Assembly (NCBI GenBank): GCA_977017575.1
Contig: CDRNVI010000040.1
Location: forward strand, 496,001 to 560,000
Source of the DNA: Paramoeba atlantica
Lineage: Eukaryota > Protista > Discosea
Direction of reading: 5' to 3'
DNA length: 64,000 nt
Below, piece after piece: positions 1-11,406 of the stretch (positions are counted from its first letter, which is position 1; every line of letters starts with the position of its first letter). The position numbers were made by a program, and so were the translations under genes. The notes under the pieces were generated by a model that worked only from the letters and a program-made list of their open reading frames with translations, was not told the DNA's origin and made no database searches.

Positions 1-2
1 AC

Positions 3-1400
3 ATTTTTTTAGGCAAGGAATCTTGGCTTGATAATAACTTGGTTGCCTCTTTCTTGAGGAAAGCTCTCGCAAGAAATTTATATTTGCCGAACGCGGTTCA
101 GCATAGAACCTTTTTTCACGCCGTTTTAGTAAGTAGTCCGTTTTCTCGAAAAACAAATTTATTATATCATTTGCTTCAGCTGTGTAGCATAACGAAATTA
201 AAAACCCGGACTGTAGATACACTGCTTTGTCACTCTGAATCGCGAAACCCAACACATACTAAAATTGTGGCCCTTTGTGTGCTCCTTTCGCGAGGAATAT
301 GGAACGAATCTTCTAACAGTTTATTGTCTGATATACATCAGCGCTTTGCTTCAAGCTACGATCTATTGTTTCTTGCATCCGCGCTTTCTCGAGTACCGCT
401 CCAAGGAGAAAATCGAGAGAAATGTATTAGTTGGGTGGAAAGTCGCATACCAAGATGTCATGCGTCGGAATTACGCTTGCTTGTGTCCCGCTTCTTGACG
501 AAATATCCAAGAATTACTCGCATGTTAATCAGAGAAATTTCTAAACGTCTCAAAATTCGGTCCATTCAAAGATGCGACGTGCTATCGATGCTTCAGGCAT
601 GTGTTACAATGGTAGAGGAAAATTTTGATAAAGAGTTTTTGATATGCATTGATTATCTTCTGAAAAGTTCATCTTGCGATACAGAGAGTGCTTTTATGGA
701 TCTTGTTTCGATATTACAGATGATGGGCCACGGCGGTTGGAAGCATGACGGACTACTGCGTAAATCGGTTTCGCGCTTCTTAGCTATAGATCATGGAAAG
801 ATGGTGCCTTACCACATAAGCTCTCTTCTGGCTACTTTGCGTCGAATAGAAGTCGCTGACGTCTACACCCCACGCGAATTTCAGCGCATATTGTTTCACC
901 TTTGTGGAAAAATAAATTGCATCCACCAATGCACTCCTATTTCTGGTCGTTTGGCTGTGTCCATAATGACCTCGTTAAGTACACTAAATTATCGTGACAG
1001 TTCTCTTTTGGCCTCTTTTGAAAAGTCGTTCCTTCGAGATCTCCCCACAATGGACTGCATTACAGTTTCAGCGTTGCTTTTGACGAGCTCACGCTTAGGG
1101 TATCACAAACATGAATTTCTGAAGTCATGTTTCGGTCGATGTGAAGAGTTAAACTGGACTAGGTTTCCTACGCAAGCCATACACGTGGTTTACGCCGCGT
1201 TTGATATGGGATACTTTTGCGATGTGCTCGTATTTATTATGAATAGCATTGAGATTTCTAGGGCTATGCGCTCCGTACTGGAACAGCATTCAATTTATCG
1301 TCTATTATCGGACGCAGTGTCAATAGCGCAGAAACGGGGTATGGAACATCTGTTGGATACTCCAGTAGCACAGTTGGTCACATGGGAAGGGTTCAAATAG
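3..1400 (+). CDS. 5'-partial hypothetical alpha-helical repeat protein (weakly FASTK/RAP-like, possibly mitochondrial RNA-binding)
   Basis: The frame is open back to the window edge (no stop between 3 and 38), so the true start is probably upstream. Leu/Ser-rich helical segments such as VSIMTSLSTLNYRDSSLL and LLLTSSRLGYHKHEFL. The family call is weak. Confidence 0.55.
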   Translation: MFLGKESWLDNNLVASFLRKALARNLYLPNAVQHRTFFHAVLVSSPFSRKTNLLYHLLQLCSITKLKTRTVDTLLCHSESRNPTHTKIVALCVLLSRGIWNESSNSLLSDIHQRFASSYDLLFLASALSRVPLQGENREKCISWVESRIPRCHASELRLLVSRFLTKYPRITRMLIREISKRLKIRSIQRCDVLSMLQACVTMVEENFDKEFLICIDYLLKSSSCDTESAFMDLVSILQMMGHGGWKHDGLLRKSVSRFLAIDHGKMVPYHISSLLATLRRIEVADVYTPREFQRILFHLCGKINCIHQCTPISGRLAVSIMTSLSTLNYRDSSLLASFEKSFLRDLPTMDCITVSALLLTSSRLGYHKHEFLKSCFGRCEELNWTRFPTQAIHVVYAAFDMGYFCDVLVFIMNSIEISRAMRSVLEQHSIYRLLSDAVSIAQKRGMEHLLDTPVAQLVTWEGFK

Positions 1401-1657
1401 GTGTACACAGTCATTCATTTTATATTATAAAATTTATAACCGATTTTTTGGCTCGCACAATTAGCATGGATTATTTTTCTCCTACGACGTGCACCTTTAA
1501 AAAAAATTAAAATACATCCTGTGCAGTGTACATACAGTATAGTGTATGTACAGCGTTTGCACTACACGTTGTATGCAAAACTACACATTTTGCTCTACTT
1601 TAATATCAAAAATATATTTTACCTTTCTTTTTATATTTCTCCTGGTAGTTCTCTACG

Positions 1658-2764
1658 ATGAGCTACTCGTCTACCGAGTTACCTCCTTCGCAGACGTCTT
1701 GCACGGAATCCTACAATTGTTCTCCACCAAGTCTTGAACTGGATCATCAAAATATATCCCGCTCCAGACCTCGAAGGCAGCGTCGGTCGCGTTATTCTCG
1801 AATTCCTCTAACGGGGCAAGGAAAAGATACTCGTGAAGCCGCTCCCGCCAATGCGGAATCTTATCCACCAACACCTTATCTTACATCTTACGGCGAGCCT
1901 TTCGAAGATTTAATTTTTCAGCTGCAGCAGGCACAAGATCATGTCGCTCACTTGCAGCAATGCTGCATGGCCTACGAAGCCAAAATTCAGGACCTCGAAT
2001 ATTGCGCTCAACAATCTGCACGAGGTACGAATTCCGCGTCGTTTTCAACTGCTTGTATTTCTCACGCACGGATCGAACCTTCTTGCGAAGATTCGCAGGA
2101 CAAGATGTCTTTGTTCGGTAGGAAAATTAAAAATAACACAGTTTCATCTGTGCGACTTACCGAAACAGGTAATCACGATATAAAAAATAGCATACAGCGC
2201 ATGAAGAAATCTACTCTTGATGCTGCCACAGACGTACTTGGTCTCCCGCAAGCTGTCCCGTTAGAAGATCAAATGGTTTTTCACACCTTGGTTGACCTTG
2301 GAAATCTTCATCCTATCCAAATCAACCTTTATAAAAACGTCAGCCCCATGTTACAAACCCAAGACACCTACGCCCGAGCCATCTTCGAACACTGTGACGA
2401 TGTCTGCAACCTTCTTCCCACCTTGAAACCCAATTTTACCTTTGGTTATGAGGTCTCTCAATCCTGGTACAGCGCGGACGACTCCCTCTCCGAGGACAGT
2501 CTCGAGGACTTTGCATCCTTCTCCCTACGCGGCAGCGCACCGCCTGCCCACCCCTCACAGTTTCCCTCACAGTCGCCTTCCTCTGCGGCCGTGAGATCCC
2601 ACGTACGCAGAGTTCCCTCCACCCCTACTGGTTCCTCCGGGCACAGCTCTTTTCGCAGTGCCGTGACACGCCGACTGACACGCGGGCTCGAGGAGCGCGG
2701 GGGGAGGTTTGACACAAAGATACCCTCCCCGAGTATCTCCTTTCGTCGCGCGCATCATAAGTGA
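1658..2764 (+). CDS. hypothetical protein (short coiled coil, Ser/Arg/Pro-rich C-terminus)
   Basis: 368-aa ATG ORF on the same strand as all other genes; no family motif recognised. Confidence 0.6.
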   Translation: MSYSSTELPPSQTSCTESYNCSPPSLELDHQNISRSRPRRQRRSRYSRIPLTGQGKDTREAAPANAESYPPTPYLTSYGEPFEDLIFQLQQAQDHVAHLQQCCMAYEAKIQDLEYCAQQSARGTNSASFSTACISHARIEPSCEDSQDKMSLFGRKIKNNTVSSVRLTETGNHDIKNSIQRMKKSTLDAATDVLGLPQAVPLEDQMVFHTLVDLGNLHPIQINLYKNVSPMLQTQDTYARAIFEHCDDVCNLLPTLKPNFTFGYEVSQSWYSADDSLSEDSLEDFASFSLRGSAPPAHPSQFPSQSPSSAAVRSHVRRVPSTPTGSSGHSSFRSAVTRRLTRGLEERGGRFDTKIPSPSISFRRAHHK

Positions 2765-3430
2765 ACGAGATGGAGCCATGGATACGCTCCACGCGTGCGT
2801 GTTGGGGGGGGGGGGGGTAAAAAAGAGGTGACTTTGCTTTTTTTTCTTGGGAATGATACAAGGTGTGAAAAAGAATACAGGATTATCATGTTTTAAAGAC
2901 TTTTCTTTCTTCTGTATAAGGATGTTTGACTTTTTTGAAAAAGGTCACTTATCCTCAGTCATGTTTAAGAACGGAAGTTATGATTGTTGCTCAATATTAA
3001 GTCCAAAAATAACGTGGTAAAGTAACTCTAAATTCATTTTAATTAAATATCTAAGATTTACATGGACAATATGGTGAACTATATTGTTAAGCAAATTTAA
3101 AATTTGTAATGACAAGTAAAGTTAAAGACATTCTAATTTGTGATTTTAAATTAAGTTTGTAAATATGCTTCTCTGTGGAAAATAAGCGTCCTACTGGGAG
3201 TGCTTAAATTGTTTTCATTGGTCAACTTTCGTTGTCTTCAGTAGAATCTCTAACTCTAAGGTGTTTCTTGCAGGATAGATGTACATACACTCTAATTTTT
3301 TATGAACCCCTTCTTGCCGAATAGCATATTCAGAAAACACGTCGCGTGACCTTATTTTTTTTAAATGTCGTCTTAATTTACTGATCGATACAACATTTCT
3401 TTACATAAAACTATACGTTCCACACACAAA

Positions 3431-4498
3431 ATGATACATACACGGCGTCTTCGTTGTTTAACAGGGGAAGCATGGATCAAAAGTAAGCTTCCGGCGGTCA
3501 AATCGCCCCTAACAGTACGTCCAACCCAAGGGCTATCTTCGCTTGAGAAATATGAAAACTACACCCTTCAAGGCAAAGCGCGGAAGAGAGGGAAAATGTC
3601 GAAACAAAGCGGGAAAACTGCATCAGATGTAGAGGTAATTCAGAAATCTGAAGAAGATTCTCTTCACATTCACACTACTCCGATACGCATGAGAATGCGT
3701 GAGGTATACGAAATCACACCTCACGAAGCCCAACTCAGTGCAGTTTCCGCACATCAACGCGAGATGTATAAAGGAGTCGACGTGCGAGAGCCCTCAACAG
3801 TTTCAAAGTATGATGGAACGCGTCCAAAATCTCTTTCAATGCAAGATAAAGTACAAGCTGTGGCTGATTTTATGAGTGGCAACTTAGCATTTCAGGTCAT
3901 GAGTCCAGAGTGGGTCAAACTTTTCAATTTACAGCACCTGGAACTTGACGTAATTTACTTTCTATGGGTCCTGCACCTTCACCTAATCGCTCGCCGGGCA
4001 CTTTCCGTATCCGTGGATGACTGGTCGCGTCGCAGAGAGGTTATGCAAGAAATGCTTGAATCCATGCGAACCTCGTGGGAGCAAAGTTGTCAGAGTCTAA
4101 TGGGCCGTCCCCCCATGTTTAAAATCCGACATTTTATTCTGGATATGTACTACGTAGTCTCTTGTAATCTTGAGGAGGCCCTCTCCCATGAGGGGCCTGG
4201 GGCGGACCTTGCAGTGCTCAGTGTTCTCATGAGGTTGATGCCTTTGCCCCGGCCGGAAGACCTCTCTTTCTACACATACTACGCTCTTGTCCACTACATT
4301 CGCTTTCACATTGCGCTTTTGGACCGAACCCCTGATGAGGAAATTTACAAGGGCAATTTTCATTTTCTGAGTCCACTTGACCCCGTTATTACTAGGCCTT
4401 ACGAAGAGGTTCCGATGGATGATGTAATTCGGCGATGGAGTGCAGAGAACTGCGCGTCAAGCGCTTCCTCAGAAAACAATGATCGGAAGAAGTCGTAG
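3431..4498 (+). CDS. CBP3: Cbp3/UQCC1-like ubiquinol-cytochrome c chaperone
   Basis: FLWVLHLHLIARR ... YYVVSCNLEEAL ... DLAVLSVLMR ... YALVHYIRFHIALLD follows the Cbp3 pattern; basic N-terminal leader (MIHTRRLRCL). Confidence 0.65.
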   Translation: MIHTRRLRCLTGEAWIKSKLPAVKSPLTVRPTQGLSSLEKYENYTLQGKARKRGKMSKQSGKTASDVEVIQKSEEDSLHIHTTPIRMRMREVYEITPHEAQLSAVSAHQREMYKGVDVREPSTVSKYDGTRPKSLSMQDKVQAVADFMSGNLAFQVMSPEWVKLFNLQHLELDVIYFLWVLHLHLIARRALSVSVDDWSRRREVMQEMLESMRTSWEQSCQSLMGRPPMFKIRHFILDMYYVVSCNLEEALSHEGPGADLAVLSVLMRLMPLPRPEDLSFYTYYALVHYIRFHIALLDRTPDEEIYKGNFHFLSPLDPVITRPYEEVPMDDVIRRWSAENCASSASSENNDRKKS

Positions 4499-4770
4499 TG
4501 GATGAAACGCGTAACTTACGAAATTGATGGCCGACATTTTTTTCGTGTCCAAATTTTTTCATCTCTTGCTGTTAAATCTCAAACTTGTTTTCTGTAGGTC
4601 ATTTTGATATTTCTTATAACTTTTTTTTGCTGTATGGGCTTCCTAAAAAAATTAAAATTCACTACTTTAAATATAAGGAAAACGTTTCTTATGTTTTTTC
4701 GAGCAGTTGAGACCTTAGTATAAATCTTTCATGTTTCAAAACAAGTGTGGCGCTACCCCTACTGTCAAAA

Positions 4771-6516
4771 ATGGTTAGTGCTAAAGATTTTTCGCTGCTA
4801 CGACAGGCCATATCGAAACGGGATTGCGATGCTGCTCTATTGTATCTTCGAAACTGGCTCAGTTCCACATCGAAAGCGCCTTCAACTTTGGTTTCTGACA
4901 TGAAATTTGCCGAAGAAATCACTCTGAAAACAAAAAAGCGGGTAAAAGATCCTGCGCAAGAAGTAATGTTGCCTCCTTCATTAGTTTCAGCAGCCCTGCA
5001 TTTATGTACATCTACGAACCGATGGTCGGACGCCAGTTCATTGTTACAAGATCTACTAAGGGTACATGATTTTCAATGGAATTCCTCAATTTTAGCCAAG
5101 AGCATTACTATCTTATGTAGAAATAGCGCTTTCTCCGGGGGTAACTCCGGCTATTCGTCTTCAGAAAACGAGGAGAAAAAGGGATTATCTCGAGAAAATG
5201 CTTTACCGCACGTGAAAAATGAATCCTGCTTAAAAAACGTGTTAGCAATATTGAAGAAGGCCCATTTTGGAAGTCTTGGGGAGGGTTCTGCTATTCAAAG
5301 ACGGCATTTTGCTCCTTTTTTTGAAATTTGCAGCAGCTTTGCTTTGCTGAACGAGGCGCGTGCATTCGCACGAAAGGCTAGCGTTGTTTTGGATCAAGTA
5401 GACTACGCTTGCATGCTCAAACTTCCTTTTGCGGGTCAGTTGCTTCACGGCATTCTTCAAGATATGAGAGAAGACATCCCATTGGTTTCGCATGACTTTG
5501 TCGATGCCGTTTTCTACGCGTGTAGAGATTCTGAGCCTGACAAGAACATTAAGCCAAATGCATCCGAGTGCACCATACGAGATGAGGTGGAAGTGGTGTT
5601 TCCCGCAGCATATGAACAAAAAGATACCGATATCCTTTGTAGGAGGCCATCCGAACAACATTTCGGTTACTGTAGTCATTGCAAAGGCGAATTACAGTTA
5701 TATCCTTTCAGTGAGGAGTATCGTGCACAACTTCTGGGCGATATTGAGAAAACATTAATACCTGCAGAACTTCCTAATGAGGTCATTTCCAAACTCAGGA
5801 AAATGTGCGATGATCGGGTCATTCGAGTGATTATTGATGGTGCCAACGTAGGCTATTGCGGTCTCTCAGCTTGGGGTGCTGAATCGATTGAATCTCAAAA
5901 CTTTCGAGAGAAGGAAGAGAACGTGATTGAAAAAATTCAGGACGAAGATCGTAAGTGGAGAAAGCGCGCTGCAACAAAAAAGGTTCCTGCTCGATTGGAG
6001 CATATTCAAGCAGTGTGTGAGGCGATAGAAAATGCGAAGCTGGGAACTCCTCTTATTGTTTTTCACGAACGTCACACGGCCAAAGAGGCCCTTCAGCCCC
6101 AGTATCAGGAGATGGTACGCAATTGGCGTGAAAGGGGCATTTTATACACCTCGCCCGAGGGGGTTTGCGACGATTATTTTTGGCTCTATGCTGCTGTGTA
6201 CCTTAGCCAGCCGAGTCGTCCTGCATATGTGATTACTAATGATAAAATGAGAGATCACCACTACGCGATGCTTTCTCAAAAATCCTTTTTGAGATGGAAA
6301 CAGACGAGTCAAATCTTTTTTGGGATTTTAGCTCCTGGGATGAGAGCGCGGTTGCAAGTGCCTCGTTCGTACTCTTTTTGCATGCAATATGAGGAAAGCA
6401 ACAGGCATTGGCATCTACCGTACCGCGATCGAGTAGATGACCAAATAAGATGGTTATGCGTTGAAATACCACAGCAGACGAGTGATACAACAAAAAATGA
6501 CACACCCGCTGTGTAG
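4771..6516 (+). CDS. PRORP: protein-only RNase P (PPR region + NYN nuclease)
   Basis: CSHC zinc ligands, [31 protein letters not shown] and a C-terminal WHLP. First ATG is at 4771 (the track starts at GTG 4747). Confidence 0.92.
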   Translation: MVSAKDFSLLRQAISKRDCDAALLYLRNWLSSTSKAPSTLVSDMKFAEEITLKTKKRVKDPAQEVMLPPSLVSAALHLCTSTNRWSDASSLLQDLLRVHDFQWNSSILAKSITILCRNSAFSGGNSGYSSSENEEKKGLSRENALPHVKNESCLKNVLAILKKAHFGSLGEGSAIQRRHFAPFFEICSSFALLNEARAFARKASVVLDQVDYACMLKLPFAGQLLHGILQDMREDIPLVSHDFVDAVFYACRDSEPDKNIKPNASECTIRDEVEVVFPAAYEQKDTDILCRRPSEQHFGYCSHCKGELQLYPFSEEYRAQLLGDIEKTLIPAELPNEVISKLRKMCDDRVIRVIIDGANVGYCGLSAWGAESIESQNFREKEENVIEKIQDEDRKWRKRAATKKVPARLEHIQAVCEAIENAKLGTPLIVFHERHTAKEALQPQYQEMVRNWRERGILYTSPEGVCDDYFWLYAAVYLSQPSRPAYVITNDKMRDHHYAMLSQKSFLRWKQTSQIFFGILAPGMRARLQVPRSYSFCMQYEESNRHWHLPYRDRVDDQIRWLCVEIPQQTSDTTKNDTPAV

Positions 6517-6820
6517 GAATTTCTTAAAATCCTTGCACATCTGTTGCCCATTACGTTCCTCTAATCACTTTTTACTGATTATTACGTTGTTTGGTCTTTG
6601 TAGGCTTCCAATTTTGCGATCACATCATAGCAAAGTGAACATGTACAGTGCTTCGAGTACACTGCGAGTTTCTAGTACAATGAGATTCTATGCAGTTTTC
6701 AAAGCACTAAATCACACACAGTACTTGAAATATAAGTATCTCATACATCACAGTTTGAAAATCCTAAGTGCTCTTTTTCTTGTTTATCGGGGTGCTTACG
6801 TCAATGTAACTTCACAAAGA

Positions 6821-7888
6821 ATGGACGAACAAAGTAGAGAACCGGGGGTTGCCCTTATTACTGGGATATCGGGTCAGGATGGCTCCTACCTCGCCGAGCT
6901 TCTCCTCGAGAAAGGCTACACCGTCCATGGCCTTGTACGCCGCACCTCCACCTTTTCCACCTCCCGCATCAACCACATCTACACCCACCCCCGTCTCCAC
7001 CTCCACTACGGCGACCTCACCGACACCCTCCCCCTCCTCCACCTCATCACCTCCCTCCGCCCCACCGAGATCTACAACCTCGGCGCCCAGAGCCACGTCA
7101 AAGTCAGCTTCGACCTCCCCGAGCACACCGCCAACGTCAACGCCCTCGGCTGCCTCCGTCTCCTCGAGGCCCTCCGTCTCTCCCCCCTCCCCCCCGCCCA
7201 CTGCCGGTTCTACCAAGCCTCCACCTCCGAGCTCTACGGGCAACCCACCGAGAGCCCCCAAACCGAGTCCACCCCCTTCCGCCCCCGCTCCCCCTACGCC
7301 TGCGCGAAGCTCCACGCGTACTGGTCCACGGTCGTCCACCGCCACGCCTACGGGCTGTTCGCCTGCAACGGGGTTCTGTTCAACCACGAGTCCCCGCGCC
7401 GCGGGGCGACCTTTGTCACGCGCAAGATCGTCCGCGCCGCGGTGCGTATCGCCGCGGGGCGACAACACGAGCTGTGTCTGGGGAATCTGGACGCGAAAAG
7501 GGACTGGGGGCACGCGAAGGACTATGTGGAGGGGATGTGGCGGATGCTGCAGCAGGAGGGGCCGGGGGATTACGTACTCGCGACGGGGAGGCAGTACGCG
7601 GTGCGGGAGTTTTGTGTGGCGGTGTTTGAAAGGGTGGGGATAGGGCTGCGGTGGGAGGGGGAGGGGGTGGGTGAGGTGGGGGTGGAGACGGGGGGGACAG
7701 GGCGGGTACTGGTTCGGGTCACGGCGAAGTATTTTCGACCGGCTGAGGTGGATTCGCTTCTGGGTGATCCGTCTCATGCGGAGAAAACATTGGGCTGGAA
7801 GCGAAATTTCGATTTTTATGGTTTGGTTGACGATATGGTGTCGAGTGAGATTGCCATAGAGAAATCGGGTCAAGACTGTTGGTCTTAG
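6821..7888 (+). CDS. GMD: GDP-mannose 4,6-dehydratase
   Basis: [74 protein letters not shown] 6821 sits just before the Rossmann motif; the upstream part of the 6461 ORF overlaps PRORP and is probably not coding. Confidence 0.97.
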   Translation: MDEQSREPGVALITGISGQDGSYLAELLLEKGYTVHGLVRRTSTFSTSRINHIYTHPRLHLHYGDLTDTLPLLHLITSLRPTEIYNLGAQSHVKVSFDLPEHTANVNALGCLRLLEALRLSPLPPAHCRFYQASTSELYGQPTESPQTESTPFRPRSPYACAKLHAYWSTVVHRHAYGLFACNGVLFNHESPRRGATFVTRKIVRAAVRIAAGRQHELCLGNLDAKRDWGHAKDYVEGMWRMLQQEGPGDYVLATGRQYAVREFCVAVFERVGIGLRWEGEGVGEVGVETGGTGRVLVRVTAKYFRPAEVDSLLGDPSHAEKTLGWKRNFDFYGLVDDMVSSEIAIEKSGQDCWS

Positions 7889-8330
7889 GCTATTTTTCGT
7901 ACCAACTATTGGCTACCCAAAGACTTCTGTGGAGTGTACTCAACACAAAATTTTCAATACACAGCGCGTGATTCATGTGGTCATAGTCGAATATTGTGCG
8001 ATTGGGGGGTAGGCTTCCGGTGGGCCTAGGGGGTGTACACCAATTGTTATCCCCTTCATAGTAGCGCCCAACGGTAGTTACCCCTTTAAACTCTCAGAAA
8101 ATTGTGCAGTACGAAAAAAAATGGTAATCTCATGTGGATTAGCTGATGGATATAGTACATGTATTTCTGCCCTCTCTAAGTCTACCTTTCACGCTTATTT
8201 TTCACTTGGCTTTCTGAATAAAAAAAAGTGTGATGTACACGCTTGGTAATTACACCATGAGCATTGATGTTTAGGATAATATAGTGTTATACTTTTAGAT
8301 CTTGCATCGTGTAAATGAAGGGAGACGTTT

Positions 8331-8999
8331 ATGAGCTCTGATTTTGAAGATAAATTCTATCTTTCAAAGATTCTGCTGGAGGCGCACTCTCAGCAAGTAG
8401 AGCAGGCGGTTTCAAATTCAAAATCGGCGTCTCACTCCCTCGATTCACAACTATTAACGTATCTTTCGGCACGTGGACGTGAATGCGAAGAGAAACTGAA
8501 CGAAGTTGCAGAAATATTACCAACAATGGTGAGTGGAGCTCAGTCAAGAATACAGTGGACAGCAAGGCTTACCATGTTACACGAGGAATGCGAAAGGTTG
8601 CGCGGTATGCTGCAAAGCTTGGAAATTAAGAAACGTAAAAACGACAGAATTATACGCAGCAGAGAGGCCTTTAGACTCTCGGAACAAGATAAAAAGGTCT
8701 TGGAGGATTCATACGGGCCCGAATCGGAACTTCTCTCCGAGTATGACTCTCTTGTCCACACACAAAAGGAAGTTCAATCAATGACTTCCGAAAGTATTGC
8801 GGTACTCAATGCATTAAAGTCGCAGCGTGAGGGAATTCTTCACTCGCAAGACAGACTCAGTAAACTTTCCGCGTCATCTAGTTTTTCAACACAACTCCTC
8901 CGCAATATTATGAGTACGATACATTTAGATCGTATTTTCTTGTATTTCGGAATGATAATCATCACTCTTTTATTGCTTTTCATTTACATGAGAACTTAG
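8331..8999 (+). CDS. Qb-SNARE, Bos1/membrin (GOSR2)-like
   Basis: 222 aa, helical N-terminus, SNARE heptads (AVLNALKSQREGIL), C-terminal TM anchor DRIFLYFGMIIITLLLLFIYM. Confidence 0.8.
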   Translation: MSSDFEDKFYLSKILLEAHSQQVEQAVSNSKSASHSLDSQLLTYLSARGRECEEKLNEVAEILPTMVSGAQSRIQWTARLTMLHEECERLRGMLQSLEIKKRKNDRIIRSREAFRLSEQDKKVLEDSYGPESELLSEYDSLVHTQKEVQSMTSESIAVLNALKSQREGILHSQDRLSKLSASSSFSTQLLRNIMSTIHLDRIFLYFGMIIITLLLLFIYMRT

Positions 9000-9141
9000 T
9001 GTTTGTAATTTGTGTATAAATCTTCAATTCGTTCCTCGTCGTGATCTTCAAAAATAGTGTTTTCCTGTATTTCGGTATCTTTTTTCGTGGTACAATAATT
9101 TTCATTCAACTACTATCTGCTTAAGTACACGAATTTCGACT

Positions 9142-11028
9142 ATGGGACGGGAACGCGTCTTTCTTTTGAGTCCACACGGCACTTTTTGCGCCATTTTGGA
9201 GCACTTTGAGGACCCGGAAGAGTCGGATGAAATTCAAATAATCACTCCACAGGGAAAATTCTACGCTCCAGTGCGTCCTCCAGTGAGATTAAAAGGTCTT
9301 GTTCGAGACGATCTGCACAGTGCTTCTGATTCAACATCGAGTTGTATTTTTGCCCTTCCACAAGAAACGAAAAAGCGTTCAATATCAATTTCCAGAAAAA
9401 TCAGTACTGCAGCTTGGGATAGCGACTCGTCTCTTCTTGTGTGTTTCACTGATGCGAGCGTCTGGTCTTTGTTTTCGTCAAGTCTTGATAGGTTTGAGCA
9501 AGGGGCTGGCGATTATTACTTTCAATGGACAAAGGATCCGATACACACTTTAGAGGGCGGATCGCAGTTCGACGGAAATCTTTTTGTTTGTCAAATAGGA
9601 ATTGCACCAAGACTACGGAAACCATTGGGTAGTATTCCACCTTTTTCATACGTGGATACCAATTTTGCTCTCTGGTGGCATGATGGCAAGAAAGTACATG
9701 AGCTCCACAGTTCGCAAGCAGTTCCTATTACTCATATCGCTGCGAGTCCTAGTGGAAAGTTGGTCGCTATAGCTACAGAAAAATACATGCGAATATACAG
9801 TACCAGAAAACGCAAGAAAGTGTATTCTCTGAAATGGCGCAATAAATCTTTGATGGCCCGACTTTTCTCTCCCTTATCACTTCTTCACATGGTTGACGAC
9901 AGCCACCTCGCCCTGGGAACATTGGACGGTGAGGTTGCACTATGGAATACAAAGAGTTGCGAAACACCAAAGTTTATGTACAGTGGCTCCATGCGGTCCT
10001 TTTTGACGAGAAATGAGGCCCCGTGTGATTTGCCCTCACCTTCCTCTAATTTTCTTGTTGTTGCAAATGGTCGCTACTGCATGGTGGCTAAATTGGGGGA
10101 AGAAGCGCAAATACTTGATCTTGTTCTTCAGAAAGTAGAATCAGGACCAAGCTTACCCGACTCATTATTCGGCCTAAATGATAAAGTGCATTCTGAAAAG
10201 CCTTTTTTGCAGTGCAACAAAATTTCTCTTTTGAAAGACCAAAGCGGAATGTACTGGAACCCAAAATTTCACAGTATCGAATCTTTTTCCTGGGGAATTC
10301 TTCAGGAAACAAACTCTACGAATTTACTCACTGTTTCCGAGACTCCGTCCAATAAACTATCGGATGTCGCCTCTTTTGCGTCTACGGGGCTTCATATCTC
10401 AAATGTCTTTACCGATACAGTTGAGTACAAAGACATAAAAGAAGATTTGAGCCAACTATTACGGGAAGAAAGCGGAGAGTCCATGTCTTTGGAGTGCCTT
10501 TCCGCAACAGCACCGGAACCTATGGATATTTCTTCGGTAAAAAGGCTATTTAGCCTGATTCACCTCAATCGTGGTCAATTGTTTCGTGAGCAGAATCTTC
10601 GCGCTCTATCTCTGTTCGAGTCCATTCGTGTTGCTCGGGCTTCTACCCGCATAGCGACGATATCTTGGGTTCATTTCATTCGATCAGTACTTTGGCTCAG
10701 AGCCCTCCTTCACGCTCGTCCTGTGATGTCATCTCACCACTCTACAAAAATACTTGAAAGAACAAGCGCGGTGCTTTCTCTGAGTAAGCAAGTTACATGC
10801 GCCAGCATAGCAAGCTCCCTACGACGTTCGCAAGGGCTGTTGGACATTTTTGGGGTCACACGACCTAATTCTGTTTCTTATGAAGACATTGCATGTTCTT
10901 CATTCATAAAGAAAGCGATCACGATGAGCAATGACGCTTCGAATAATTCCAGAAAAGCAGTTATGTCAGAAACTACTTTTCACTCCTCTCCAATATCTGC
11001 AATGAAAAGGAGGCGTAGGAAGAGCTAA
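9142..11028 (+). CDS. WD40-like beta-propeller protein with basic C-terminal tail
   Basis: PITHIAASPSGKLVAIAT and HLALGTLDGEVALWN blades; ends MKRRRRKS (NLS-like). Confidence 0.65.
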   Translation: MGRERVFLLSPHGTFCAILEHFEDPEESDEIQIITPQGKFYAPVRPPVRLKGLVRDDLHSASDSTSSCIFALPQETKKRSISISRKISTAAWDSDSSLLVCFTDASVWSLFSSSLDRFEQGAGDYYFQWTKDPIHTLEGGSQFDGNLFVCQIGIAPRLRKPLGSIPPFSYVDTNFALWWHDGKKVHELHSSQAVPITHIAASPSGKLVAIATEKYMRIYSTRKRKKVYSLKWRNKSLMARLFSPLSLLHMVDDSHLALGTLDGEVALWNTKSCETPKFMYSGSMRSFLTRNEAPCDLPSPSSNFLVVANGRYCMVAKLGEEAQILDLVLQKVESGPSLPDSLFGLNDKVHSEKPFLQCNKISLLKDQSGMYWNPKFHSIESFSWGILQETNSTNLLTVSETPSNKLSDVASFASTGLHISNVFTDTVEYKDIKEDLSQLLREESGESMSLECLSATAPEPMDISSVKRLFSLIHLNRGQLFREQNLRALSLFESIRVARASTRIATISWVHFIRSVLWLRALLHARPVMSSHHSTKILERTSAVLSLSKQVTCASIASSLRRSQGLLDIFGVTRPNSVSYEDIACSSFIKKAITMSNDASNNSRKAVMSETTFHSSPISAMKRRRRKS

Positions 11029-11406
11029 TCAGGCGTATAATTAGTTTCCCTTTTACTCCGCATAAGAGTATTAAAATCAATATATTGCCAAATGGTGGGT
11101 CCTGTTGGGTTTTCTAATGTGCGAAATATTTATTTAGTAAATTTGGGCCCTAAAATTTGAACCTGGAAGTAGTTGCTGAAAGTGAAAATACTGCTATCTA
11201 GTGAACAGTCAAATTAGTGAACAGACTAATTGATTTATTTTTATTAGAAAATGGTGTATCTCTTGAACGAAGTTATAACAATACAATATTTATGCTAGAG
11301 ACGTTACATAGTGAACTTTTCGGTCTTCACAACTCTATTAAGAATTTTCTACTTTTACCCGATTAGATCTATCGTCTCTTACAAAGACTTTATAACTTAG
11401 GCTGCC

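Noticed and set aside
6812-7873. 353-aa antisense ORF and 264-aa alternative-frame ORF over GMD
   Set aside because: Shadow ORFs. The C/G third-position bias removes stops from other frames, and the products are low-complexity.
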